A stretch of DNA of 64,000 bases from Ignavibacteriota bacterium (GTDB taxonomy: Bacteria > Bacteroidota > Ignavibacteria > UBA10030): the NCBI GenBank assembly GCA_963778945.1, contig CAVZWL010000005.1, positions 70,544 through 134,543 of the forward strand, in the 5' to 3' direction. Below the pieces are notes generated by a model, which saw nothing but the letters and a program-made list of their open reading frames with translations, did no database searches and was not told where the DNA came from. Both the position numbers and the translations under genes were made by a program. Every line of letters begins with the position of its first letter. Within the stretch, counting starts at the first letter, position 1. Below are positions 9,729 through 18,208 of the stretch, one piece after another.

Positions 9729-11504
9729 TCATCGGTCTGTCTTATTTTTTATTGCTTCGAGTTTCAGAATTCTATCTTTCAAATATTCAGGCATCCAGTA
9801 CTGCGACTGTATATCAAGCGCTTTTGCTGCGTACCTGGCTGCGGCGTCCTTTTCTCCAAGGGAATAATAGATCAGAGCAAGGTGTTCATCCGTCTCAGCC
9901 AAATAATATTCGCATTGAATCCTGCTGTCAAGAGCGAACATATATTCTGCAGCAGCTTCGCGGAGTTTGTTTTCTGCTTCAAGCGCCCGGCCTTTATTAA
10001 AATAACCGGTAATGACATCCGGGTATTTTTCAATTTCCTTGTCGGCATAGATCATCGATTCGACCGGAAGTTTATAATAATCGCGATATCTCCAAGCTAA
10101 AAAATCGAGACAAAAGTAATTTTCAATCTTAGACTTTACTACCGAATTGACTAAAGACCTGACATTGACACTGTCCCGCCAGTCGCAAGATTCGATCTTT
10201 CCGTATAGTTCATTTAATCTTGCAAGAAAGGGGTCGTTTAATCTCGGATCTGCTTCTCTATACAAACTCACTTTATGAGTAATGTAATTATACTTCAGCC
10301 ATCTATTCCATGCGGCAAAGTGAGCATAAAATGTAAAATAAATAGTCGAATCGGCCAGATCGAAAATGACGGATTGGTCCGTTTCGTAATTATGGAGCGA
10401 TTCGAGGTAGACGGGCAAACTATCGGTGTAATGATAAAAATCGGTATTGCTGAGAATGCTGATGGCTTCATCTACGATATTTGGTTTGGCAGTATCTATC
10501 AACTCGGCAAATTTGATTTCTCTGCATGTATCATGGAATTGACCGGAATAAATTGTTTCGCTTTTTTTGCCTAAATCTTTTGAGATCGTTCGGTTCGCGA
10601 CAAATTGATAATTGTGAACGGGGGTTGACGCCTTCGTTGAGCCGAGGAAATCATACACCACGGCCTGCTCCTCTTTGCTGCTTGATATCGTATAGATTAA
10701 GCCCAATGGAAATTTGAGGGTTTGAGCAATCGAATCGACTTCTTTAAGGTTGTGCGTTTCGGTAATTAATTTACTTTTTTCCGAGTAGAGACTGCAGTTA
10801 TTCTTGTCGAATTCAAGCGGATTATTATTGCCGTTTTCCGATAGCGATATTCCAGATTCATTACATGCAGTAGTAATCATCAGGCATGCAGCAAAACCAA
10901 AATCCGTATATTTTTGTTTTCCTTTTATATCGTAATTTACGACAACCGGATATTTTGATATCAGGCTTACAGGTAATGGCTGATCGAGATTATGACAATG
11001 ATATGTATGATTGCCTTTTTTTATCACAATTGCCTCGCAGCGGTTCGAATACAAATCGGCGACCACCTGAATTTCCCTGAAGAAGGATTCCGGCAGGCCT
11101 GAACCCTCCGATGCTCCGCGTATTTGGTCTTCGATATTTGGAGAAAGTTTGCCGGCATATGTATTTATCTTGTGTTTCCATATCATTCCGCCAAAGAGAT
11201 TGGCGATTATTCTTTTATACCAGGGCAGATAGCGTATCTCGTTTTCCATCATCTGTTCTTTGAATTTCTCAAAATCCTCGTGCATTGCATAAAGCTCGAC
11301 TTTTAAAAGAGTTCCGTATTGCAGTCCGGTTTCGTAATCGGTTCCTTTCAGATACAAGAATGGAATTCCATAATGATACTCTTTGTATCCATTTTTGAAA
11401 TGGATCGCTTTTGTGGAGTCTTCATGCGCGCAGGCGCTGAAGGTGAGAAAAACGCCCAGGAACAGAGTCCAAACATAATATCGCTGTGTCGTGATTTTCG
11501 GCAT
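9729..11504 (-). CDS. 591-aa lipoprotein with C-terminal TPR-like repeats; the middle region is possibly NTN/C45 acyltransferase-like (weak)
   Basis: The gene has a signal peptide with a Cys lipobox-like site (FLTFSAC) and a C-terminal TPR-like helical region (…ALEAENKLREAAAEYMFALD…ALIYYSLGEKDAAARYAAKALDIQ). It is AT-rich relative to its flanks. The C45 suggestion is only a pattern impression. Confidence 0.45.
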   Translation of the reverse strand: MPKITTQRYYVWTLFLGVFLTFSACAHEDSTKAIHFKNGYKEYHYGIPFLYLKGTDYETGLQYGTLLKVELYAMHEDFEKFKEQMMENEIRYLPWYKRIIANLFGGMIWKHKINTYAGKLSPNIEDQIRGASEGSGLPESFFREIQVVADLYSNRCEAIVIKKGNHTYHCHNLDQPLPVSLISKYPVVVNYDIKGKQKYTDFGFAACLMITTACNESGISLSENGNNNPLEFDKNNCSLYSEKSKLITETHNLKEVDSIAQTLKFPLGLIYTISSSKEEQAVVYDFLGSTKASTPVHNYQFVANRTISKDLGKKSETIYSGQFHDTCREIKFAELIDTAKPNIVDEAISILSNTDFYHYTDSLPVYLESLHNYETDQSVIFDLADSTIYFTFYAHFAAWNRWLKYNYITHKVSLYREADPRLNDPFLARLNELYGKIESCDWRDSVNVRSLVNSVVKSKIENYFCLDFLAWRYRDYYKLPVESMIYADKEIEKYPDVITGYFNKGRALEAENKLREAAAEYMFALDSRIQCEYYLAETDEHLALIYYSLGEKDAAARYAAKALDIQSQYWMPEYLKDRILKLEAIKNKTDR

Positions 11505-11780
11505 GTAAACTCCATCGGTGTGGAATCTTGTTTTAGTTTGTTATACGCTCTTTCGTCGAATGAGGTTTCAAAAGTACATAACGATACGTACATGAACCTG
11601 AACTCAGGAGCGGCAAAAAGGACCGACGAATCCACCTAAAATGGAATATGAATTTTCTCAAAAGACGCGTATTCCACCGGGAATGAACGTCTCAATAATA
11701 AATTCAAGCACTGCATTTTAGCGGCACGCTTCTTTGCGAATATCGGATGAACGAACACCGGGGAACTCCGCAACTGTCTA

Positions 11781-12077
11781 TCAGGATTTTTTTTTAGTCC
11801 CGAACGATGGAAAATGGAAGCCGAGCACGGCCATTGCGTATTCAAATTGTTCGGGGTTATCCCAATGCGGACCGCGGCATACCCCCAGACCTTCGATATA
11901 GACGCGTCCGCTGTTCAGCGGGTCTGCAAGATAATATGTGATGAAGTTTCTGATCTCATCCGAGTCTGTGTCGATCGTAACCAGTCCGGTCTGATTATCG
12001 GCGGCTGATTGCCCGAAAGAAACACGGGCGTATATTTGATCCGGATTTTCAGAATCGACGATATGCCATGTGATCAT
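11781..12077 (-). CDS. hypothetical 98-aa protein
   Basis: An ORF with protein-like composition, on the same strand as its neighbours. I recognised no family. Confidence 0.35.
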   Translation of the reverse strand: MITWHIVDSENPDQIYARVSFGQSAADNQTGLVTIDTDSDEIRNFITYYLADPLNSGRVYIEGLGVCRGPHWDNPEQFEYAMAVLGFHFPSFGTKKKS

Positions 12078-12296
12078 GCGCTCATTCCAATTGTGATGAA
12101 GATGCCTGTATCAAAATCCGGATATTGAAAATCCACAACTCTTTTCGCTGCCAACGTCATTCAATAGTCTTTCGTTCTATGCACCAAGTATCTCCGGTTC
12201 AAAAAGCGATGACAGAGTTAAAAAGGGACTACAGTGTATAACGCATATCGGGAACATTCCGGGTTATTATATCGAATACATGTATATTGTTATAGT

Positions 12297-12647
12297 TTAC
12301 TTTATCCTGCCTTCTATGTAACGATACGCCTCGCCGACCGTTGTGATATTATCCGCGTCTTGATCGGGGATTTGAATATCGAATGTTTCCTCGAATTTCA
12401 AAATCAATTCGACAATATCAAGGTCGTCGGCGCCGAGATCTTTTTTGAACGAGGTTTCCGGCGTCACCAGGGTTCTATCGACACTTAATTTATTTACAAC
12501 GATGTCGACTATTTTATTCCATAATACATCATTCGATATTCCCTTTTGATGTAAGCTCGAGCCGGCGTTTTCTTGCGCGCTGGAATGATAGCTGCAAGCA
12601 GCGAATGCTATCATAACAAAAAAAAGGAAATTCAATCTTATTCTCAT
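12297..12647 (-). CDS. exported acyl-carrier-protein paralog (signal peptide + ACP fold) with the phosphopantetheine-site Ser replaced by Asp
   Basis: The N-terminus MRIRLNFLFFVMIAFAAC/SYHSSAQ is a Sec signal peptide or lipobox. The mature part aligns at about 50% identity to the window's own AcpP (LVTPETSFKKDLGADDLDIVELILKFEETFDIQIPDQDADNITTVGEAY versus [48 protein letters not shown]). A strong RBS, GAGGAG, lies upstream. Confidence 0.7.
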   Translation of the reverse strand: MRIRLNFLFFVMIAFAACSYHSSAQENAGSSLHQKGISNDVLWNKIVDIVVNKLSVDRTLVTPETSFKKDLGADDLDIVELILKFEETFDIQIPDQDADNITTVGEAYRYIEGRIK

Positions 12648-12677
12648 ATTTACTCCTCTTCATAATCTAATTCTCTT

Positions 12678-12706
12678 AGTATATCCTGCATCATTTCAGG
12701 AATCAA
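12678..12706 (-). promoter_or_regulatory. sigma70-like promoter (TTGATT-17 bp-TATACT) upstream of the exported ACP paralog
   Basis: The minus-strand sequence reads TTGATTcctgaaatgatgcaggaTATACT. It lies about 40 nt upstream of the AGGAG RBS and the ATG at 12647. Confidence 0.45.
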
Positions 12707-12732
12707 TAAATTAAATTCCAATGTGCAGCATT

Positions 12733-12771
12733 AGGGTAAAAGGACTGTACACTTGCTTCTCTTGTACAGCC
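12733..12771 (-). terminator. rho-independent terminator after the small membrane protein gene
   Basis: The CTGTACA...TGTACAG stem is followed on the minus strand by CCTTTTA, immediately downstream of the stop at 12796. Confidence 0.5.
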
Positions 12772-12795
12772 CTTTTAGCGTTCGTGTCTCTGCAA

Positions 12796-13195
12796 TTACA
12801 CAGATGCTTTCTTTGCCAGAGGATAATTCAGTATGACAGCAACGAGTATAATGAGCTGAACAACTATATCGAGTGCAAATTGGCTGAACTGCATTTCACC
12901 GGCGCCCCATGCAATTGACCAGCAAATAATTGTCAAAATGCTCAGCAATCCCATCAAAGGGAGGAGTATCGGATATTTGTTCGGATTTTTGGCAATCAAA
13001 GCAGAGATAACACCGCCCAAAATTATATTGAATCCCAAGGCTTCTGAAAGCGGCTCGGAGTATCGCAAGATGCTGCTCTTCCGGAGTGCCTTGATAAATT
13101 TCTATGATTATTGCAGGCAAAATCAGTGCCATGAGACCGACAATTATCTGATAGAGTGTATTAAATCCGAAAACAATACGTGTGAAGAGCTTCAT
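12796..13195 (-). CDS. small polytopic membrane protein (about 130 aa), apparently split by a frameshift near 12900-13060
   Basis: Two overlapping hydrophobic ORFs (MKLFTRIVFGFNTLYQIIVGLMALILPAIIIEIY... and ...LGFNIILGGVISALIAKNP...ILTIICWSIAWG...) share a junction (…LAILR|YSEPLSE…). Confidence 0.4.
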
Positions 13196-13424
13196 AGTTA
13201 TTCCTTCATGTGTTTGTAATAGTGCTTGTGAGTGGTTTTGTTTTTTAAGGTGGATTATTCGTTATCTCATCTCATGGAACATAATTTTATGCAGGATGAC
13301 TCCTGACCTGTGAATTGACCTGCCTCTTCTTAATCGGAATCAGAAACAGCCCGCTCGTTATTCTACAGCGTTCATCCAGCATAGATGCCGGTTTTAAAAT
13401 TCAACTATCCTTTAACGGTTTATT

Positions 13425-13988
13425 TTATAAAATGCTGATTTCCCCTTGCAAAAAACCGGAAATTCGTTTTATTCTGCGTTTACGGGTTTCTTCCGTTTTT
13501 GCGTCGAAGTAATAAGCTGCAATAAGCCGTTTCAATCTCTTGCTTTTCTGTTCGAATAGTTTGCACAACTTTGCATCGCTCTTAATAATGCCGAGGAACA
13601 TCTCGGTCATTTTGTCTTTCCGGCCGGGTGATAACTCTTTTTTCTGGTTGTGCCAAGTTCCGTTGATTTTTGCAGATTCAACTTTCTCAATTCCGGATTT
13701 GGTCATTCTTCTTTCCGCCGTTAATTTCGCGACGAGGGCTTTGTTGACCTTCGACCATTTGCTCTTGTTGTTCCGTAGAGAAAATCTTCTGAGATAAATC
13801 CGTTCATCGACTTTTTTGATGAGAGAGTCGATCCAGCCGAAGCAGAGCGCTTCTTCTAAGGATTCAACGTAATTGATTCCTTTGCTCCCGTCTTTATAAT
13901 ATTCTATCCAGATCGGTTCTTCGCTCGAATGATTTTCGGATAACCAACTTCTGAAATCTTCTCGTGATCTAAAAGAGAGTCGTTTCAT
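13425..13988 (-). CDS. YdeI/OmpD-associated family protein
   Basis: The segment WIEYYKDGSKGINYVESLEEALCFGWIDSL is characteristic of the YdeI/OmpD-associated family. Confidence 0.6.
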   Translation of the reverse strand: MKRLSFRSREDFRSWLSENHSSEEPIWIEYYKDGSKGINYVESLEEALCFGWIDSLIKKVDERIYLRRFSLRNNKSKWSKVNKALVAKLTAERRMTKSGIEKVESAKINGTWHNQKKELSPGRKDKMTEMFLGIIKSDAKLCKLFEQKSKRLKRLIAAYYFDAKTEETRKRRIKRISGFLQGEISIL

Positions 13989-14089
13989 AAACTTTCATTT
14001 GAGATTTGACTTCAGGCAGCTTTTGTCCGGCCGTAATGTCCGCTGCGAACATCGCTTGCGGTTTGCTTCGTTGATGATTGCTCCGTTTT

Positions 14090-14608
14090 TTAAGTGGAAA
14101 CATTTCCGAATTGCTCGATGAGACCGAACTGCTGCAGATGGTGGTAAGAATGCTTAAACTGAGCCCGATGCCATTCTTCCGCTCCAAGCGGACCGAATAT
14201 AGGATGGACATGAACCGCATCCGGTTCTTTGAGAAAGTGATCGATAAAGCGAGCGATCTCGATAAACAAAGCGGCCTTTGCTTCGGTCATGGCGGAGAAC
14301 CGGTAAGGAGGCGGGTTCTCGCCAAGCAAGGGATTCTTAAAATCATGAGGCATTGGCCGTTGGTCATAGAGGATCCTCTTTACCCGATCAATCAGGTTCT
14401 CCGGTGTACGGCAGAGAAGCTGTAGTCTGCCGGCTGAGCACTCGAAAGCCCAGACAAGATGCTCGATCATATGCTGCGGAGTCATTTTGCCCCAGAGGGG
14501 ACGAGCATTCTCAGGGAGGCCGGCAATGCAATCGGCAATGAGCCGGTCGAAAAATGTCTTCCTGAGTTTTTCGTCGTTGACGTCAAAGGGTATTGCTGTC
14601 ATGTTCAT
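14090..14608 (-). CDS. DinB/DUF1569-like four-helix-bundle protein
   Basis: The protein is 172 aa. His-containing helices (MTPQHMIEHLVWAFE, EEWHRAQFKHSYHHLQQF) resemble the DinB/YfiT superfamily. Confidence 0.45.
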   Translation of the reverse strand: MNMTAIPFDVNDEKLRKTFFDRLIADCIAGLPENARPLWGKMTPQHMIEHLVWAFECSAGRLQLLCRTPENLIDRVKRILYDQRPMPHDFKNPLLGENPPPYRFSAMTEAKAALFIEIARFIDHFLKEPDAVHVHPIFGPLGAEEWHRAQFKHSYHHLQQFGLIEQFGNVST

Positions 14609-14769
14609 GAATTGTGTTTCCTGCGTGCAGCCTCAATTGTTATATAAAAGCGCCGTTCTCGAGTGCATGTTTTTTCGTTCATATTGAAATCTTTTTCCGA
14701 AGGAGGATCACACTCTGATGTGCGTTCTGCTGAAAGACAGTTTAAAAGAATGCATTAAAAATTTACCGA

Positions 14770-15192
14770 TTATTTGATTATTTCTTTGAGTTCTATCAAT
14801 TCCCTTAAAATTTTCAAATCGGATTTTTTCTTAACAATAATAGTTATAGGCCTGATTTTTAATTTTCCTCCGTAATTTAAAAATTGGGCTTTCAATTTTT
14901 CATCCAGCGCACTCTTCTTTATTGTTTCCCCGGCTTTAGCGCTGAAATAGAAAGTAACTCTAAAGAATTTATCCCATACGGATGTCCAGCAAATCGTTTT
15001 TGTTTTTTGGGTCGTTTTGAACAACCATCTCTTCCCGTCATTATAATATCTCCACTCAGTCGAAAAGAGGGGATAGTCGGTTTTCAGCAAATCCATAAAA
15101 GAATCCCATGCATTTTTCGTTCTGCCGAGATATCGAGTCAATACTTCGTCATCCGGATATATATTTTTATCGTTCAAACATGGAGTGTCCAT
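14770..15192 (-). CDS. DUF3788-family protein
   Basis: The protein is 140 aa. Its opening MDTPCLNDKNIYPDDEVLTRYLG... and size fit DUF3788. Confidence 0.5.
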   Translation of the reverse strand: MDTPCLNDKNIYPDDEVLTRYLGRTKNAWDSFMDLLKTDYPLFSTEWRYYNDGKRWLFKTTQKTKTICWTSVWDKFFRVTFYFSAKAGETIKKSALDEKLKAQFLNYGGKLKIRPITIIVKKKSDLKILRELIELKEIIK

Positions 15193-15374
15193 AACGTCTT
15201 CTTTCGATAAAGCGAGGACAGGCCAAGCGCACCTGCCGCCCTTCGATACGGATAATATGCAATGCTTGTTAAAAAAAAATACGTCCGGATCCAGTGGATT
15301 AGTAAAGTGAATAGATGCACTGGATCCGGAAAATAAAACTATAAGATAAGAAAATATTTTGACATCACTTGATA

Positions 15375-16874
15375 CTATTTCAACAGGAGCAGTCTTTTCG
15401 TTTCAATAAACGTGGTTGCATCCCCTTTTTCCATTTGGATTGCATTTGCCGTAAGCCGGTAAAAATATACGCCGCTCGGCAAATTGACAGCGCTGAAAGT
15501 CACAGTGTAAGTGCCGGCAGGCTTTACTCCATCGACCAGCGCTGCGACTTCTCTTCCCAGCAGATCGAAAACCTTCAAACTGATCCTGCTGTTTTTTGCG
15601 AGCTGATAATGAATGACTGTCGAAGGGTTGAAAGGATTCGGATAATTTTGAGCAAGTCCGAAATGGCGGGGCGTTTCTGTTGTTTGTGCAACGCCGGTTG
15701 CAGTGCTGTTGAAGACCAGCACGCGGTTGCCGTCGAAATCGGCGACAAAGAGTTGATTCAGTGCATTGCTGTAGACAATATCGCGCATATCTCCGGGAAA
15801 ACTGCTTTGTGTTGTTGCCTTATTGATCGTGTTCAAGTCCGGTTGTCCGAGTACTTTATCGGCGGAACTGAAATTTGCAATGGAAACTGCATTCTCAAAA
15901 ATGGAAATGCGCGGCAGATTTTGGCACACCAACAGCTCGCCATTCGTTGTTCCTGCGAGGCCTGCTGGATATCCCGTTGCTTTTTCTGCATTATTGATGA
16001 GCCACGTAACATCGGTTCCGTTCCAGGCCGTTGTAAAATCAGCAGAGCCAAGCACGCCGTCTGCAGCTGCGCCGTTTGCAGCCGATGCTGCATTGCTGAA
16101 TTTAAGGACGCGATGGTTGCTGTAATCTGCCACAAAAAGCGCCGTTCCGATAAATGTGCCGTCGTACGGATTGTTCATTGTCGATGCTGTTGTCCCCGCC
16201 GATGTGGCTGTAAAATCGGGCTGGCCCAATACACCGTCTGCATTCGCGCCGCTTGCTTTCGCCGATGGATTATTGAATCGAAGAATACGATTCGCATTGA
16301 CATCGATTACATAAAGGCTGCCGTTATTGTCCACAAAGAGGCCGCCCGGATAAAAACCGGATTGGCCTGTGCCGATACCGTATCCGGTCAATGCAGAGGC
16401 GCCTCCCAATGCGCCGCTGGCGTTGGCTCCATTCGTAGTGATTGCATGCGCATTATCAAACCGCAGAACACGTTCGCTGCTGTAATCACAGACCCAGAGC
16501 GTATCATGGTACACAGCAATGCCCTTTGGATAGTTCAATGTATTGGCGGCGACACTGCCAGTGCCGCGATTGCCGCTGCCGTGCGTGAAATCTGCCTGTC
16601 CGAGTACGAATTCTGCTGACGGTTGATTTTGTGTGATGGGAAGAGCGTAGCGCAGCACGCGGTGATTTCCCCAATCTACGACATAGAGCTTTTGATTGAC
16701 ATCATCGACAGCAAGACCCCATGGCTTGTTCAAGCCGGCCGCCGTTGTTGCAGCAGTGCTGGCAGTAAAGTTTGCTTGTCCGATAACGTAGGATGCATTC
16801 TGTCCATTCGTCCATTGCGCGTTCAGCTGTATGGACAGTATGCAAAGGAGAACAACAGAGAAGAGTGGTTTCAT
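15375..16874 (-). CDS. secreted NHL-repeat protein with T9SS type-A C-terminal sorting domain
   Basis: A signal peptide (MKPLFSVVLLCILSIQLNAQ) is followed by repeated NHL-like units (YVVDWGNHRVLRY, WVCDYSSERVLRF, YVIDVNANRILRF, FVADYSNHRVLKF, FVADFDGNRVLVF). The C-terminus has the T9SS sorting motif NYPNPFNPSTVIHYQL...KVFDLLGREVA...GTYTVTF...LPSGVYFYRL. The start was set at the ATG at 16874. Confidence 0.8.
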   Translation of the reverse strand: MKPLFSVVLLCILSIQLNAQWTNGQNASYVIGQANFTASTAATTAAGLNKPWGLAVDDVNQKLYVVDWGNHRVLRYALPITQNQPSAEFVLGQADFTHGSGNRGTGSVAANTLNYPKGIAVYHDTLWVCDYSSERVLRFDNAHAITTNGANASGALGGASALTGYGIGTGQSGFYPGGLFVDNNGSLYVIDVNANRILRFNNPSAKASGANADGVLGQPDFTATSAGTTASTMNNPYDGTFIGTALFVADYSNHRVLKFSNAASAANGAAADGVLGSADFTTAWNGTDVTWLINNAEKATGYPAGLAGTTNGELLVCQNLPRISIFENAVSIANFSSADKVLGQPDLNTINKATTQSSFPGDMRDIVYSNALNQLFVADFDGNRVLVFNSTATGVAQTTETPRHFGLAQNYPNPFNPSTVIHYQLAKNSRISLKVFDLLGREVAALVDGVKPAGTYTVTFSAVNLPSGVYFYRLTANAIQMEKGDATTFIETKRLLLLK

Positions 16875-17231
16875 GATAGAACCCTTTGTATAAGTGGTGG
16901 ATAATAAAAGGCGGAATAATCTATGCAATCCGCCTGGTGGTTAGAAGATTACATCTTTTATTTCCTTCGAATTCTATGAGATTTTTTTGTTCATATGCAA
17001 AGATAATTTAAATCAATAGACTCCAAGAAGATAGATTGTTAACTTTTTTGCCTGCCGTGGCCGCCTTGTATATTCAGGTCCGATTTTCACCTCCCCGGAT
17101 GATATGCTCTTTAAAAAAGCATAATCCCATTGGCTATATCTCATACGATGGCGATAAAAAAACCTTCTTTGTATAAAAGTATTGGAATGAGAAAATGAAA
17201 CTCGGAAGGATTCCCGCAACATATCCTGCCG

Positions 17232-17935
17232 AATTAAAGCTGCGCAGCAACTGAATATTATAATACCATTATTCTATAATATTGTCAAATAGGGCGGAGA
17301 AGTCGGTGCAATCTGCCGGGCTATATCTGTGTTCACCTTCAAGGGAATTGCCGTATAGCTTCACAAGCTGGGCATAGTCGATGTCAATTCCGAAAGTTTG
17401 ATCGACCGCCTCTAAATATGCCTTTAAACCGTCTGTAGTCATTTGGACGCGGTTCTTTAAGCGAGATGCAACATCTTCCATGAACACTTTTGCATACGCT
17501 GCATCCCTGTTGCCGACAAGGTAGGAAATCATAAGTTTTGAATCTGCATCGATTGCCGTCCAAGTCCAGACGCTTCCAAGTCCGTATTTGCCTTGCATTT
17601 TTTCGGGAAGGTTTTTGTCTTTGGCATAAACGAAACTCCATATTTCATCGCATTGCACACGCTTTGAAGCTACATTTCGGACATGTTCATCGTGATACTT
17701 TTGGCAGGCCGTTCCTAAGTCAACGAGAAGCTTTGTAATGGTATTAATGGAAACATTCGCAAGACGGGAAATAGAGCGGAGACTATTTCCTTCTACAAGC
17801 ATTCCGATTATCTGAGTCTGTTTTTCTATTGGAAGTCTATTCATTGCTTTATCTCTCTCTTTGTTCACTTACAATATAATACATTATGCTTGACTTGTCA
17901 AGCATAAAATGCAGTTTAATTAATTTTTAATGTTT
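17232..17935. mobile_element. putative IS1-family (single-ORF ISMhu11-like) insertion sequence of about 704 bp; boundaries tentative
   Basis: A 600-bp transposase ORF is flanked by imperfect terminal inverted repeats: AATTAAAGCTGC at 17232-17243 versus the reverse complement of 17921-17931, AATTAAACTGC. A perfect palindrome, ATGCTTGAC-TT-GTCAAGCAT, lies at 17894-17913 next to the transposase start. I saw no clear target-site duplication. Confidence 0.4.
17269..17868 (-). CDS. IS1-family transposase (InsB-like DDE domain with N-terminal HTH)
   Basis: An HTH segment (QIIGMLVEGNSLRSISRLANVSINTITKLL) is followed by an IS1 InsB-like core (CDEIWSFV ... WTAIDADSKLMISYLVGNRD ... MTTDGLKAY). Confidence 0.65.
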   Translation of the reverse strand: MNKERDKAMNRLPIEKQTQIIGMLVEGNSLRSISRLANVSINTITKLLVDLGTACQKYHDEHVRNVASKRVQCDEIWSFVYAKDKNLPEKMQGKYGLGSVWTWTAIDADSKLMISYLVGNRDAAYAKVFMEDVASRLKNRVQMTTDGLKAYLEAVDQTFGIDIDYAQLVKLYGNSLEGEHRYSPADCTDFSALFDNIIE

Positions 17936-17939
17936 GGAT

Positions 17940-18099
17940 TTTATTCAGGAAATACCTAATTTAGAGGCGGAATAGGCCGCTTTGGGGCGGCCAGATTATA
18001 GTAGTTTTCGCACGTTACACATACACCGTTCCATTTCTCGAAGTGCTGATACACTTCGTTTAAGTTTTTGAATGAGCCCCTCTTATTGAGGGGTTTTTT
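17940..18099 (+). ncRNA. candidate small RNA (about 160 nt) ending in a strong intrinsic terminator, transcribed divergently from the IS transposase
   Basis: The interval has no ORF longer than 10 codons. It contains three hairpins: GGCCGC-TTTGGG-GCGGCC at about 17975-17992, CGAAGTG-CTGATA-CACTTCG at about 18039-18058, and the terminator AGCCCCTC-TTATT-GAGGGGTTTTTT. Confidence 0.3.
18075..18099 (+). terminator. rho-independent terminator (8-bp GC-rich stem + T6)
   Basis: The sequence reads AGCCCCTCTTATTGAGGGGTTTTTT. Confidence 0.65.
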
Positions 18100-18192
18100 A
18101 TGTCTAAATCTGGATTAATATAACAGGACGGAATTTTTAAAGAAATGGGCGTCTGATTTAACCGATTATGTAAAATCGGCCTTACTGCAAAG

Positions 18193-18208
18193 GTAAAATC
18201 GATTTTAC
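18193..18208. other. perfect 16-bp palindrome GTAAAATCGATTTTAC with two degenerate copies nearby (18168-18181, 18217-18231)
   Basis: Read directly from the sequence. The palindrome overlaps the stop codon of the small ORF 18205-18444 and is operator-like. Confidence 0.5.

Noticed and set aside
15369-16619. 416-aa Cys-rich ORF on the + strand
   Set aside because: It is exactly antisense to the NHL-repeat T9SS gene, which has strong domain evidence. Its composition is Cys/Arg-rich and low-complexity, typical of shadow ORFs.
15375-16928. Diversity-generating retroelement or retron near the NHL-repeat protein and candidate sRNA
   Set aside because: No reverse-transcriptase ORF and no template/variable repeat pair are present anywhere in the window.
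16929-17231. tRNA or tmRNA fragment as the IS insertion target
   Set aside because: I found no cloverleaf-compatible sequence or T-arm/GTTC motif by eye in the flanks. This cannot be excluded without a tRNA scan.
17258-17888. Direct repeats TTATAATACCATTATT (17258) and ATATAATACATTATG (17874) flanking the transposase gene
   Set aside because: Both are AT-rich -10-like strings in the same orientation, likely coincidental or promoter-like. The inverted repeats at 17232/17921 give a more IS-like architecture.
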